Origin: Candidatus Micrarchaeota archaeon
Lineage (GTDB): Archaea > Micrarchaeota > Micrarchaeia > Micrarchaeales > CABMGC01
Reading direction: 5' to 3'
Length of the DNA stretch: 64,000 bases
Assembly (NCBI GenBank): GCA_021811535.1
Contig: JAJZOF010000016.1
Span: forward strand, 2,592 to 66,591
This document shows, one piece after another, positions 63,690 through 64,000 of the stretch. The position numbers and the translations under genes were made by a program. Under the pieces are notes generated by a model. It did not search any database. It saw only the letters and a program-made list of their open reading frames with translations, and had not been told where the DNA came from. The first letter of the stretch is position 1. The number at the start of each line of letters is the position of its first letter.

Positions 63690-64000
63690 GCGGTTTAGTC
63701 CAATAAGTTGTGGGTTTGCGGTACGTGTTATCTCTATGCAAGTGCTGATGGAAAAGATAGTTGCATATACCAAGAATACCCATAACATGTCTGAGGTAGA
63801 TTAAGCTATAACTGCAAGTGCAGCCATAAAGAAGCCTAAACTGCAAATACAGGATGCAGGATCCGCCAGAGGCTTAATCAGAATATATTATCCGCAGAGG
63901 AATGGCAGGCATTTAAACGGAGGTTAAGCGTTTTGCTATCCCTCTGGTTCTTTTTGCTAAAGTTAGACCGACCTAGGTGCAAAACTTTTTTACGACAGCT

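Noticed and set aside
59598-64000. Integrated element bounded by a duplicated tRNA-Ala 3' end (att site).
   Set aside because: Visual search found no second copy of the tRNA 3' segment (GGGTGCGAATCCCGCCGAGTCCA) and no integrase or transposase within the window. Only the weaker accessory-islet statement is kept.
1-64000. CRISPR arrays, rRNA genes, IS elements or transposases, and known defence-system genes.
   Set aside because: No regularly spaced direct repeats, rRNA-like stretches, transposase or integrase motifs, or recognisable defence-enzyme domains were seen. The only tandem repeats are short coding repeats inside the pilin-like gene.
63690-64000. Uncovered terminal 310 bp as a possible ncRNA.
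   Set aside because: No convincing stem-loop architecture, box C/D motifs or tRNA-like fold was found by eye. It may simply precede a gene lying outside the window.

Overview
Densely packed archaeal chromosomal segment of about 75 genes, with mid-40s % GC by eye and AGGTG-type Shine-Dalgarno motifs before many starts. All calls come from reading motifs in the supplied translations and DNA; no searches were run.

Most of the window is housekeeping:
- Translation: the L1-L10(P0)-L12(P1) operon; an L30e-S12-S7-aEF-2 block; an S19e / PDCD5-like / L39e / L31e / aIF6 / prefoldin-alpha / FtsY block; aIF5A-S24e-S27ae; RNA polymerase subunit L.
- Replication and repair: PolD small subunit, XPD helicase, ATP-dependent DNA ligase, PriL-like primase subunit.
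- Metabolism and RNA handling: a SufB-D-C-S operon, SdhA/SdhB plus class II fumarase, thioredoxin reductase, CCA-adding enzyme, and two tRNAs.
- Division: tandem ftsZ1-ftsZ2 with SepF nearby.

The gene content, class III (archaeal pilin-type) signal peptides of the Q[ST]A[MI]E[YF]L type and a tRNA with a T-loop intron fit an acidophilic Thermoplasmata-like or DPANN/Micrarchaeota-like archaeon. This cannot be proven from the window alone.

Most notable items:
1. An intact GGDEF diguanylate cyclase gene directly downstream of aEF-2.
2. An ~11 kb cell-surface island (43.0-53.8 kb) with a beta-helix glycoprotein, two GT-C glycosyltransferases, three different beta-propeller ectoproteins and a pilin-like protein with a Cys-rich tail. 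A second pilin-like LamG protein follows ftsZ2, and an orphan type IV-pilus-type ATPase lies elsewhere.
3. A non-canonical succinate dehydrogenase membrane-anchor arrangement.
4. A PriL-like protein lacking the Fe-S cysteine ligands, followed by a 54-aa zinc-finger ORF.
5. A UPF0147 gene that appears to start at AUA, directly downstream of an intron-containing tRNA-Arg.
6. An apparently lower-GC accessory islet after tRNA-Ala, with a RelE-type TA pair, an AlkZ/YcaQ-like protein and a PadR module.

No CRISPR array, rRNA, transposase or integrase was recognised.
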